NCBI RefSeq assembly: GCF_964355755.1
Contig: NC_092678.1
Coordinates: 5,658,422-5,722,421 of the forward strand
Origin: Antedon mediterranea
Lineage: Eukaryota; Animalia; Echinodermata
Direction of reading: 5' to 3'
Length of the DNA stretch: 64,000 nt
A program made the position numbers and the translations under genes. Shown piece after piece: positions 12,358 through 24,489 of the stretch (positions are counted from its first letter, which is position 1; each line of letters opens with the position of its first letter). Under the pieces are notes generated by a model, which was not told the origin of the DNA, did no database searches, and saw only the letters and a list, made by a program, of their open reading frames with translations.

Positions 12358-13242
12358 TTACACTCTTTGTTCATCTTCATGACCTCCTTGACCTCTTGGA
12401 ATGTTTCTTATTTGAGGTTCAGGATTGGAACCAAAGCAGCATAGAGCACGCTTAAAACCATTTCTTAACTCTGGAATACGCCACCAATATACAATGGGAT
12501 TTAAAGCAGAATTCATCATCAGAAGCGGAAACAAAATCTGATAAAAATTTTTAAGGGAGTCACAGTGACTTAAAAATATAAAACATATGGATAATAAGTG
12601 GGTTGGTATCAAACAGAAAAACAGTGGAAAAAGTAGAATACTAAATGTAATAAATACTGATTGTAATCTGGCCTGTCTAGCAGATCTAGCAGTAGCTGAT
12701 GCGAGTTGGTTAGTTTTACGTTTTAAAATAATGTACATAAAAATATAAACAAATGCAACTATTGTGATCAAAGTCAAACTCAGACCAAATACATAAATAT
12801 ATGACAAACAATTGAATACTGTTATTATCCATAAGGAAATACAAGATTTTGCCAATCTCTTTTTTGTAACAATGTTTTGGTATTTTAATGGAGCAGCAAT
12901 AGCTATGAAACGTTCAATACTCACTGCAAAAACAAATAATAGTGAAGAAGTCATCATTGATGCCCCTATAAATACCACCAAACCAATTGAAGAAAAAGAC
13001 AAAACAGAAAATAGAATCATGAACAAAAAGATAGAAAGACAAGTTAGTAAGTCAGCAACTGCCAAGTTGACAAGCAAAACGTTTGATTTCTTTCTTAGTT
13101 GATGATTGCAGCAGACAACCAAAATAACAAACAGGTTTTCAAATATTCCTGCAACCGTAATGATAATAGTGAGAAAAGAACTGATTGGATGTATCTTTGT
13201 AAAAGTTAAGTCTACTATCTTTGAAATCCATGTAATATTCAT
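12358..13242 (-). CDS. Class A GPCR, type B copy 1 (294 aa)
   Basis: Same motif set; intact ORF; 5' UTR intron predicted at 13301-13490 (G|GTAAGC ... ttttcttacag|). Confidence 0.9.
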   Translation of the reverse strand: MNITWISKIVDLTFTKIHPISSFLTIIITVAGIFENLFVILVVCCNHQLRKKSNVLLVNLAVADLLTCLSIFLFMILFSVLSFSSIGLVVFIGASMMTSSLLFVFAVSIERFIAIAAPLKYQNIVTKKRLAKSCISLWIITVFNCLSYIYVFGLSLTLITIVAFVYIFMYIILKRKTNQLASATARSARQARLQSVFITFSILLFPLFFCLIPTHLLSICFIFLSHCDSLKNFYQILFPLLMMNSALNPIVYWWRIPELRNGFKRALCCFGSNPEPQIRNIPRGQGGHEDEQRV

Positions 13243-15235
13243 TCTTAGTTAGTTTCAGCAAAGTAGTTTGATGTAAGTATAGTTTACTGAACTCGCATAT
13301 CTGTAAGAAAATTTATAATTCAACTAAAAATAACATTACATTTTTTTGTACATGGTCATAAGAAATAACATAGATTCTATATTTTTGTTTTCCACTTAAT
13401 GATTACCATTACTGCTCGTCTATCTAAGTCTAAGCCTTTATACATCATTTTTTTTTTAAATAAAGAAACTTTACATGCTCATAAGCTTACCAATGATAAG
13501 TTGGCTAGATCCAAATGTTGATAAAAACACAATTTTTTCCAGTTTCACCATAAAGTTCTTAAGTGACTTTTTAAAAAGACTCCCAATGCTTATATATATT
13601 GTAGCGCAGCGAATAACTTCATGGTAAAAACTGTGTTGCCGATGCTGTTACTGTTAACAAACTAATTCATCTACTATAGCGATAATATAGAATCACATTT
13701 CCTATAATGTTACAATTTCTAGCATTCAATTACTGCCATTATAGTTTTATTGGCGATTGTATGTATTAGATAATGTGTACCAGCAAGTATATAAGATAAG
13801 ACACTTAGCAATAAAAATGTCTAAAAAGTTGATAATGTTATTAAGTTTTATTTATATTTCATAAATCTCCTGAACAACAGGCCAAATATACAATATTTTG
13901 ATAAAAATATATAATAATAATATTGTCTATTTTATATCATTAATAAAGTAATAACAACTTTACACTAGACAAATTCCATGATATAAACATGACTTTGACA
14001 AACAGTTTAAATGATTTAATATTAAACAAAACGTTTTCACCAATTTTTACCCCAATTGACTCATTTAGATCAACAATAATGACAAATTGTCAGTAGGAGA
14101 GTGAACTATTATTCATACAAAAGTGAATAATATTAAATGTACAGAAAAAGTGAGCAAAGTGGATAAACAGAGCTTATTTTATTAAAGTACCTACAAAGCA
14201 CAGATATGAGTATAAAATGAAAAAGAAATCTTAACTACAGCCTAAACTAATACCTAATGTGATATGCCATTTATGTACAAAAATTATTCATAATTTTATG
14301 ATAAATCATAATTTTGATAGAATGCTTTACAAGTATTGAAACTTTAATAATTCATGTTCAAGTGTCTTTTTGACACAAAGAAATATATATACATTTGCTA
14401 CCATTATACTTACAGTCTATTTATTAGTATTATATAAAGTAAAATATAGTTAGCCATAGTTCAATCATATTTAAAGTTTCTTTCATAGCACTGTTTGATT
14501 TACTGAAATTATTATGTGAATGTATTATTTCTAATATATTACACTCTTTGTTCTTCTACATTAAATCTTTGACTTACACTAATGGTTCTTATTTGAGGTT
14601 CAGGATTTGAAGTAAACCAGCATAGCATACCCTTAAATCCATTTCTTAAATCGGAAATACGCCACCAATATACAATAGGATTTAAAGCTGAATTCAGCAT
14701 CAGAAGCGGTAAAAAAATCTGATATAAAAACTCTGCAAACGAGTCACAATGAGTTGATCTAATATAACATATCGATAGTAATTGGGTTGGTATCAAACAG
14801 AAAAACAGTGAAAAAAGTAGAATACTAAATGTGATAAATACTGATCGTAATCTGGCCTGTCTAGCAGATCTAGCAGTAGCTGATGCGAGTTGGTTAGTTT
14901 TACGTCTTAAAATAATGTATAGAAATATTAACAACTCCAACAATGGTTGTCAGTATAAAACTTACAGCTAACACAGCAATGAAGAGAATAAATCCGGGGA
15001 CTTTACTGCCAAAAATTTAAATTAAGCATAAAACTATTAATGTCCAAACAAAAGTACATACTATTGCCAATTTTTTTTTCGTAACCAGGTTTTGGTATTT
15101 TAATGGAGCAGTAATAGCTAGAAAACGATCAATACTCACAGAAAGAACAAACAACAATGAACAATTCATAATTAATATCCCCAAAAATACAAAAGTATCA
15201 TCTACATATGAATGAATATGAAATGCTATAATAAT

Positions 15236-16016
15236 AGAGAGGTTTCGCAATCTTACGAATACGATAACGAAAATGGATACGTCACGCACACGTATTCGTT
15301 TTTCGTAAGCCAGTAAAAATCTGTTTCACATGGCAACGAAATATTGAGGGCGCCGTCCAAAATATGACTGCGGTAAATCTGAGCGAAGCGCAGATACGTG
15401 TTGCTTGGTACTTGGCTGCCTAGGCCTAGCGTAACATCAAAGCTGTAGTGGAGCTGTGGCTTGGTGGTTAGTAGTGGAGCTGTGGCTTGGTGGTTATGAT
15501 GCTTGGCTACCAATCTAAGGGTCCTGGGTTCAAGTCCTGTCATATGTCAGGGTTTTTTTCTCATGACAATTTACAACTCCACTCCCAAAGACTTAATAAT
15601 AAGTCTTTGTCTATGTAGAGCATCTTGTGTATATGTTTGTCTTATATGTTCTAGTGCAGTATATGGAGAGCCATCTCGATAGTGCTTTGCACTCATGGCA
15701 ATCCTCAGGGTGCTGCACCGCTGTGTTGTCATGTATGTTTGCCTGAAAATTAAATAAAATAAAATAAAATAAAAAAATAAAGCGAGTGAGGACTTTAAAA
15801 ACTGCTACTTATCAAAATTGACCTGGCATTTTAATCTATAATTATATTATAATCATGAATCATTCCTGATTCAAATGCAAAATGTGCAAAATAGATCAAA
15901 AACTATACTCGTTTTGTAGTTACGAATATGACTGGTGATATTCGTCAACACAAATACGCTTACGACTATGAAATGGGGATCTGCTCAAAAGTTTCACAAA
16001 TGTGTGACGTATCCGC
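15236..16016. mobile_element. TIR DNA transposon remnant (PIF/Harbinger- or ISL2EU-like termini), right end truncated
   Basis: Starts agagaggtttcgcaatc; subterminal IR ggatacgtcacgcaca / tgtgtgacgtatcc; absent from C2/C3. The superfamily call is tentative. Confidence 0.6.
15444..15778 (+). mobile_element. tRNA-derived SINE nested in the DNA transposon
   Basis: A box tggcttggtgg, B box ggttcaagtcc, (TAAAA)n tail, aaagc TSD; empty site in the paralog at about 54945; first 26 nt tandemly duplicated. Confidence 0.88.
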
Positions 16017-17601
16017 AATATATCAGCAACGGCCAAGTTAACAAGCAAAACATTTGATTTCTTTCTTAGTTGATGATTGCAGCAGACAACCAAAATAACC
16101 AACAGGCTTTCCAATATTCCTGCAGCCATAATGATATATGTGAGATAAACACTGATTGGACTTATTTCCATGTAAAATAAGTCATAATACTTCATTGGTT
16201 TATAGTAATCAAAGCAATTAAAATCTGTTGTATTTTGGATATCTGTAAGAAAAATTGTTTTTATATATTTTTTTTCTTACAATTGTCAAGTAGTTACAAA
16301 TTAGTAATGGGTAAACTAAGAAAATAACTAGCTATCCTCAATCGTAAAAAAAAAAAAAAAACACTACTAATAATATTAATGATTATTATTATTATTTATC
16401 CATAAGTTTGTTAGATTTAAGTCTTCAATTTATCACTCAAAATTCTTCTTTGACCAGGAATAACTGTTTCATCAATGCTCTATAGTATGTTAAGATTACC
16501 AAGCATAGTGTATCACCAATGCTGGTAGCTAACAAAATAATGCTTCCAGCCAGACTATGATGATAATATAGGTCACTCTTACTAATTTTTTAATTAGAAT
16601 CACATTTCCTATAATATTTTATATTCAACATCAACAGATAGATTACATAGTTTATGGTCAAGACACACAGAAGCCAAAGTGGCTTGTCTTTGTAGTCCCT
16701 GAGCATAAAACATAAAACATAAACAGACGCATTACAATTACAATAAATGACAAAAAAAGAACCAAAAAAAATAGATATACAAAATGTATCATAGAAATAT
16801 AAAGCAGAGCAAGTAATGCAACATAGTTACAATTCCATGATGCAGTGTATCCTCCAATTTGGACCACAGTTGGGTTTCAGAGATCTCGCTCCTGATGTCT
16901 ACAGCTGACTTTAGCATTCCATTAACTATAATATTTGCACAATGCTTCTAGCAGCAAAGCATATTATTATTACTTTGTGTCATTTGGACACTTGCAATTT
17001 TTATAGATAGGAAATAACAGCATGTACCAATATAAATGTACAACAGTTTAAGGTGAGTATTTATTTATTCATAGGAATCATCATCTGTGGCACACATTCA
17101 ATGGTGCATCCAATTTACAGACAAAATTACAAATAACATAAGCCACAAGGTACGCTTAACATAGTATACATTTATTAAATATTTTTTATTCATATATTAA
17201 ATAATTCAGATAAATACAAATGCAATGTAGTGCTAATTACTACAATATGGAATAGAATTTTTTAAAAACCAAATCTTAACTACAGTCTAAACTAAATACA
17301 ATCAACTGTTATCTGGCACTCGTTCTGTGTAAACAAATTGTTCATAGTTTTAAAATATATGATTTTTATTGAAAGATTTTAACATTTTACAATTAAAGTT
17401 TAAAAGTCTTGCTGACACTTAAGAAATATATTTACTAATGGCTACCATTTTGATATAATCTGCAACAAGTTACAGTCAGGTTTAGAAATTACTAATATTA
17501 TATGTGTTTGAAGTATTAAAAAGATATTTAGAAAGCACCGTTTACTTTTACAGAACTTATCAATTGTTTTATATGGTGACTTTGATTTTATTTCTAATTT
17601 A

Positions 17602-18792
17602 TTACACTCTATTTTCATTCTCATGGTCTCTTCGAATGTTTCTTATTTGAGGTGAAGGATTGGAAGCAAGGCAGCATAGCACACGCTTAAATCCATTTCT
17701 TAACTCTGTAATACGCCACCAATATACAATGGGATTTAAAGCAGAATTCAACATCAGGAGTGGAATAAAAATCTGACATAAAGACTCAGTGAACGAGTCA
17801 CAAACGTTTGACTTAACAAAACATATTGACAACAACTGGGTTGGGATTAAACAGAAAAACAGTGAAAAAAGTAGAATACTAAATGTGATAAATACTGATC
17901 GTAATCTGGCCTGTCTAGCAGATCTAGCAGTAGCTGATGCGAATTGATTAGTTTTATATTTTAAGTAAATGTACATAAAAATATAAACAAATGCAATAAT
18001 GATGGTCAAAGTGAAAAGACTGAAAACATATAAATCAAAATATAATTCTCCAACTGTAACAGGAAAAAAAATTGATATATTTAATACCCATAGGGAAGAA
18101 CATACTATTGCCAATCTTTTTTTTGTAACAAAGTGTTGGTATTTTATTGGAGCAGCAATAGCTAGGAAACGTTCAATACTCACAGCAAGAACAAATAATA
18201 AGGAAAAATTCATCATTACTATTTCTTCCACTATTACTGAACCATCAAAACCCTGTAAACCCTGTGTATTATTAACATTGTCTGAGAAGGTAACAAAACA
18301 AATCAATAAGTCCGCAACTGCCAAGTTGACAAGCAAAACATTTGATTTCTTTCTTAGTTGTTGATTGCAGCAGACAACCAAAATAACCAACAGGTTTTCC
18401 AATATTCCTGCAACCATAATGATATATGTGAAGCAAGTACTGATTTGACTTATTTCCATTTCCCAAAAATCATAAAACTTTTCATTGATATGATTGTTTG
18501 AATAATCATGGAGGTATATTTCCTCCATGTAATTATCAACGTAATTGAAATCTGTTAAATTCAAAAGAACTTGCATATCTGTAAGAAAATGTATAATTTT
18601 TAACAAAATAACAATAAGTACTACTACATACTAGAATTGGTTTACTTTCTTACTTAATTTCCAAATAGTTAGAAATTAATAATGAATAAGTTACACTAGG
18701 AAATAACAAAGCTATTCTCAATTCTCAAAATTAGTTAAAAAGTAAGACATTGTAAAACTGAATATTACAACTATATGCTCATATTTACCCAT
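17602..18792 (-). CDS. Class A GPCR, type D copy 1; predicted join(18789-18792, 17602-18578), 326 aa starting MDMQVLLNLT
   Basis: Intact 7TM ORF; exon 1 ends caccATGG|gtaaat, intron 18579-18788 ends ttttcttacag|AT ATG CAA in frame. The ORF-track start at 18606 is a TTG inside the intron. Confidence 0.9.
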
Positions 18793-19912
18793 GGTGAGTT
18801 GGTTGATTCAGATGTTGATAAATATTCTTCAGGGATGTGTTATAGAACTGAAATGCATATAAACTTTGTTATCAATGCTCTTTGGTATGATGGACAAACT
18901 TAATGTGTCTCCGAATACTGGTAACAACGAAATCGGACTATGTATAGGTCATTTTAATATTTTATGATTTCTACAATTACCGCCAATAATAAATTTATTG
19001 ATGGCGAGAAACTCTACCATAGAAAATGTGTACCAGCAAGTATGACATTATTGAAACATATTATTGTAATCTTGCAAGGTTAAGAGTAAGGTTAAGTGTT
19101 TTTTAAGGCAAGCCAGTGTGATCACTCAACTAACACACTCCTAAACTGCCATTGATTTACAACATGCTTGAATTTGGTAAACTTCTACACATCAAATACA
19201 AACAGCACACCTACAGAACCCCTACATGTATTGAGGACTGCAATTTGTAACACACCTATAATTTTCAAAAGAAAGCCTGAAAGAGGGAATAGTTAAACCA
19301 TAACATTTTTTATGATGCATGTCCTTTTAAGGGCACTTTGTTTTAACAAATTCTATGAAGATATTCCATATTTTTTTTAATAAACGCCTCAGGTTGTTCA
19401 GGAAGTTTTCTCATTTCTGTTTTTCTTTTCAATCGAAACCAACAGCGATAATTACCGCCACTAACAGGTTTGATAGTTTGATTTTTAGGGGGGTGTTTAT
19501 TCGAGGGAAGCGTTTGTTCGTATATTTTTTTTGATGTAATATGGTGACATTTACAATAAAATAAACATCAATAAAATATCAAGAAGGGATAAAATACAGT
19601 AAAAATTGTATCAAAATGCTTGGTAAATTTAGATAATGTCAATCAATGAATTCTACTACAAATAGAAATGTGTTGCAATACAATATTGTATATGCATGTG
19701 GCGAGTGTTTATGTCTGGATATAAATAAAGGCTTAAGGGCATTTATTCGAGGAGGAGTTTATTCTAAATGGAGTTTATTCAAAGCAGGGCGTTTATTGTG
19801 TTTTTGAGCATTTGGACACTGCTTGTGTCATTTGTTTTCTAAATTTTGAGAATTTCTGCAGTTTTCACAGGAAGTAGTTGCTACTACACTACTACACTAT
19901 AGTTCACATTAA

Positions 19913-20390
19913 GGGGTGTCTAGAAAACTCAGATCTAGAAAACTCAGATTTTTATTTTTATTTTATTTTATTTCATACTCATCCAACAGCGAGTAACCCG
20001 CCAATTACAGGATGGATAAACTATTTAATAATTTCACAAGACAAACATATACACAAGATGCTCTACATAAACAAAGACTTATTATTACTTATTAAGTACT
20101 CTTTGGGAGTGGAGTTGTAAATTGTCATGAGAAAAAAACCCTGATATATGACAGGGCTTGAACCCAGGACCCTTAGATTGGTAGCCAAGCATCATAACCA
20201 CCAAGCCACAGCTCCACTTCATCTCAGATGTCAGATATATCTAAGTTTTCTAGATCTAGAAAACTCAGATATCTGACTTTTCTAGATCTAGAAAACTCAG
20301 ATATTTGACTTTTCTAGATCTAGAAAACTCAGATATCTGAGCTTTCTAGATCTAGAAAAGTCAGGTATCTGAGCTTTCTAGATCTACCCC
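19913..20390. mobile_element. MULE-like repeat built of palindromic TCTAGATCTAGAAAACTCAGA units (copy 61588-62065)
   Basis: ggggtgtctagaaaactcaga left end, ...ctagatctacccc right end, ~32-bp internal tandem units; no TSD found. Confidence 0.55.
19950..20222 (-). mobile_element. tRNA-derived SINE (copy about 61625-61897)
   Basis: Head and body are the reverse complement of the SINE at 15470-15643; A-rich tail; ctcagat on both sides. Confidence 0.85.
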
Positions 20391-20473
20391 AAGTAAAACA
20401 ATTATATTATAGAACAATGCAGGTTATCATATATTTACTTATCGCTGCAAATTATTACTCTGGACATGTTTGA

Positions 20474-20570
20474 TTTAAAGTATGAGGGTGCGCGTGCGCT
20501 TCGGGATCTCAGTTTACACCTCACTCACATATTCATAAAATAGTGATCAAACTTCAACTTACAGGTAAGT
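20474..20570 (+). promoter_or_regulatory. Candidate plus-strand core promoter and 54-nt non-coding first exon (copy 62149-62245)
   Basis: tttaaa, then GC-rich tgcgcgtgcgc, then Inr-like TCAGTT (20509-20514), then perfect donor CAG|GTAAGT (20562-20570). Confidence 0.3.
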
Positions 20571-21039
20571 CTCGTTTAATCTTCCTATTATATTAAATAT
20601 TTACTCTCTGTATTCCTTTATTAAGACAGGACAACTGAATGGTGTCGCCAATGCTAGTACAAAATGAAATGATGCTTTTGGTCAGACTATAATGTATTAT
20701 AAAGCACTATAATATTATATGATCAGAATATTTCAGAAAATTGTTCTGGTTTCCAAGATTTAATATTTATTTTTGGAGGAAATGGATGTGAAGAATGATG
20801 TATAACATAAACATCATCGTAATTTTGTAATGTATAGCAACTTCTAATGCAACTTTTGATAATATCAGTGCAAGGAAACCTTGTTTTGATCATTTCTAGG
20901 AAAAGGTATTTGACAATTAATTTTTCTGACTATTTATTTTCTAAATTGACAAAGGTAAACTATTTATACAATGGTTAACAGTTTTCTAATATTAAAGAAT
21001 TCTAGCTTATGAGTGAATATATAAAATAACTATGTTAAA

Positions 21040-22465
21040 CATGACTTACTACACCAAACCCCATTTGTTTGTTTTCTCTTTTTTTTCTCTCTTTTTTTTT
21101 CTGAGTAGAAGAGGAAGAAGAGAAAGAAAAAAACAAAAATATTGTATATGTAAATAAATATGTTAAAAATTACTTGTTAAAAACAATGGACTAGTTTAAG
21201 GAAAGCATGATAGGCATATTTAGCAACTGTAGAACAGTGGTTGTCATCACACTTTAAAAATTTGAATTTTTCTAAATTTGTTAGATCTGAAAAGGATGAG
21301 TTGAGCCGGCTAATATAGTTGAATAAATGAGATCAGATATCATCCATAAAACAGTGTAGTTCACCTTCAATACAATTCAAGTTACACAGACTACATTTCC
21401 TCTCATTAACTGGTGTATTATAACGCCCAATTTCATTGGCTGGTGCACAACCAGATCTAAAAAGCGCCAGGGCCCGTCTTTTACATTTTTTTTTATAAAA
21501 GTGGTTACATAACTAGCTGTTCAAAAGGTATTTTTTAAAGATCGGTAAGTACGCAATTTATTGCGAGCATTTGGATTTATTCTATTATCCATTTTTCAAA
21601 ACGGGTTTCTATAAAGGATTTTGATGCATTATAAACTTGGTTCACCAGATTACGAGTGGTTGTATCTTCATTTAACAATGAATCACACTCCATTTTAGAG
21701 AATAAATTAAAAACATTAAAACACCATTTTTTTATATTTTATCAGCAAGTTGCTTGGACCAAAGAAACACATTATATGGATATCTTTTTGTGTTCATATT
21801 TACAAGGCGATTTCATAATCTGGCAATGGACTGCATCTGGAGCACAATTGGAGGGTCCCAAATTATGTCTTCTAGTAGGGCATCATTCGGAGTGTATTTC
21901 CCAACACCAAGAAAGAAACGACAAGCACGATAAAAAACGGAATTAATTGGAGAGAATTCAGAAAAAAAAACAGACACCACCACCATAATTCAGAATTGGG
22001 CAAATGGTGGAGGTGTACAGTTTGGTAAATGAATTAAAATTGATACCGCCAAGAGCCTTAACTTTTCAAATGATTAAACCCAAAGCTTGAGATGCAGACA
22101 CAGCCAGATTCTTAGCTGATTTTTGGTAATCTAAAAACTTGTTGTACATAATTCCTAGGTACTTATAGTAAACTAACTACTTCAATATCAAAATTACAAC
22201 AGTTAAACTTTATATTTGTCCTTTCCCTACTTTTAGTACGGAAATGTGTAAGTTGTGTCTTAGATTACAGTATAACATTTCTAGAGAGCATTTTCATTTT
22301 CAGCAAGAATCACAATGTCATCAGTATACAATAATAGATCTATATTTGTATCCGGTAATGGAATACCACAATTTAGTTTCCTTATATCATTTACAATGCT
22401 GTTTGTGAAGATATTGAAAAGTACAGGGGAAAGTAAACAACCCTGTTTCACACCAGGTTGTCAAT
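21040..22465 (-). mobile_element. 5'-truncated, degenerate non-LTR retrotransposon (RTE/RTE-X-like reverse transcriptase remnant)
   Basis: Minus-strand translations GVKQGCLLSPVLFNIFTN, LLYTDDIVILAENE, YKYLGI, NKLRTY, and a C-terminal ERKCSLC...ELH zinc-knuckle-like segment; many frameshifts. Confidence 0.85.
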
Positions 22466-22653
22466 TGATCATTTACCCTGACAGCAGGCCTTGTCTTTTA
22501 AAGCGAGCGAGTGCGATCACTCAACTAACACACTCCTAAACTGCCCTTGATTTACAACATGCTTAAATTTGGTCAACTTCTACACACCAAAATACAAACA
22601 GCACACCTACAGAACCCCTGCATGTATTGAGGAGTGCAATTTGTAGCACACCT

Positions 22654-24455
22654 CAGGCCCGTATGCAGCATTTATAATGGGGGGGGTGCGAGCGAAGCGA
22701 GCAACAATGGCTGGGGGCCAGGGGGCCGCCAAGGGCCCCTGGTCAGGGTCCAGGGGCCGAAGGCCCTTGCAAAATTTGCGTTATTTGACGTTCTAAAGAC
22801 TGATTTAAGACTCTCTGTTGTGGCTTGGGCTAGTTGAACGATGGACACCAGAACTTAACGCTTTCATGATGAGGCCAACTCAGCAGGGGTGGCGCCAGGA
22901 TCTTCCCGACGCGGGGGCTACATTCCCCGACGAGGGGGCTATGCGAGCGAAGCGAGCATCACTAGGCTGAGGGCCAGGGGGCCGCCAAGGGCCCCCGGTG
23001 GGGGTCCAGGGGGCGAAGCCCCCGGAAGCAACGCGTTCTAGCGTCATTTGAGGTCTTTTTAATCAGATTTAGGGTAGCCATTTTTTCCATTTTTTATAAT
23101 GCATAAATAAAATACTGCGTGCAAAAAAACGATGCGCGATGGCTGTTTCAATCCATATTTTTCAATTTAAAAAATAAAAGTTCAAAGAAAATTTAGAAAA
23201 ATAGAGTTGGAGGTCCCGGAAATTGGACTTATTATACTTCAAAACATGAACAAAAATATATAAGTCCCTATCATGGGTTGTGACTGAGCTAAGAAATGTT
23301 TGAAAAATAGAGATGTTAGGTCCCGGAAAATGTACTTCTTGTTCTTCGAAATATGACCAGCTTTATTGTTGGGGCTGAGCTAAGAAAATGTTTAAAACTA
23401 GAGCTGCAGGTCTTCTGAAAAAATTGCATTTTATACTTTGGAAACATCAGGCCTAGAGGCTTAAAAAACGCAAGCGTAGACCTTTTTCAGTCGGGGAAAT
23501 AAGTTTATTCCTCCCAGGTGTATGCATGCGTACCATCTGGACTTCCGAGGTGTGAGAAATTCATGACATACAGGATATTGAAAATGTAATAACTATAGCT
23601 AATGTTGGCTAAGCGAAAATGGCATGTTTTTTTGTTTAGTAATGGATTAAAAATTTATTTTAGGTGCCCCACGGTACAGAAGGTTACTTGTAAATTAAAA
23701 AATTGGTGAACAAACGAACAATTAACATAATTCGTTTTTGCTGTAGTGTAGCGTACGTCGACGCAGTACACGACGTAACCGTCGGTAAACTTCGCCTGGA
23801 AAATAACACATTACACATTTTGGTCCCTGGATGAAACTTGATATCACGCGTCTCGACCCAACGTTGAATGATTCGTACAAAGGGATACCGCCAGACAAGT
23901 GCGTACCTAGCTAATGTTTAGTAGTAAGTTAGATCCCTGGCAATAATGAATGCATAAAAGTGCATAATATCACTCTGACGTACTCTCACGGTCAATGGAA
24001 CGTCGTGGTTTTCTAGGCGCTGAAGCTATAGGAAGTGAACGCGAACGTTTTTTACTGTATATTATATTCCCCGACAAACAGTACCCGTGTGTCTGTATTT
24101 CCAGACACGTCTTTACCGCCGGTTAAGTTGTCTGTATTTCTCCAGCAAACACTTTACCGCGTACCGCGTACATGAAGCGCTAAGCTATTGCTTGTCGTCA
24201 CATGATCGACTGCGCATGTTTTACATCGAGTTTGTAGTCAGTTCAGATTCCGTAATTTAATTACCGGTATTTTTTCCTTTTATATTAGCATATTTTTGTT
24301 TGTATACCATTGATAATGTAAATTTTGTATATATATAATGATATTGTCTTTAGTTAAACAAGACAAGAAAAAATACCAACCGAGGAAATAGTGGACCTTT
24401 TGGGACTTGGGGGGGTGCGTCTGCACCCAACGCACCCCCCCTGGATACGGGCCTG
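22654..24455. mobile_element. hAT-like non-autonomous element (1.8 kb) with 5-bp TSD, containing a second CAGGGG-type end at 22884
   Basis: CAGGCCCGTATGCAG ... CTGGATACGGGCCTG, CACCT on both sides; empty sites at about 4544 and 19253. Confidence 0.8.
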
Positions 24456-24489
24456 CACCTATAATTTTCAAAAGAAAGCCTGAAAGAGG

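Larger units (their letters stand above)
14539..16403 (-). pseudogene. Class A GPCR, type C copy 1, pseudogene
   Basis: Transposon insertion in TM2 (about 15236-16016), in-frame TAA at 15017-15019, 2-bp deletion near 14919, and exon-1 donor mutated GT>AT (16398-16399). Confidence 0.92.

Noticed and set aside
15470-15545. tRNA-like cloverleaf with A and B boxes
   Set aside because: It is the head of a SINE (body, A-rich tail, TSD, empty site); the acceptor stem does not pair properly
20220-20390. Regularly spaced palindromic repeats resembling a CRISPR array
   Set aside because: No unique spacers, no cas genes, eukaryotic context; these are transposon subterminal tandem repeats
21656-21946. 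96-aa plus-strand ORF identical at 63325-63615
   Set aside because: Antisense to the LINE remnant; identity reflects recent segmental duplication
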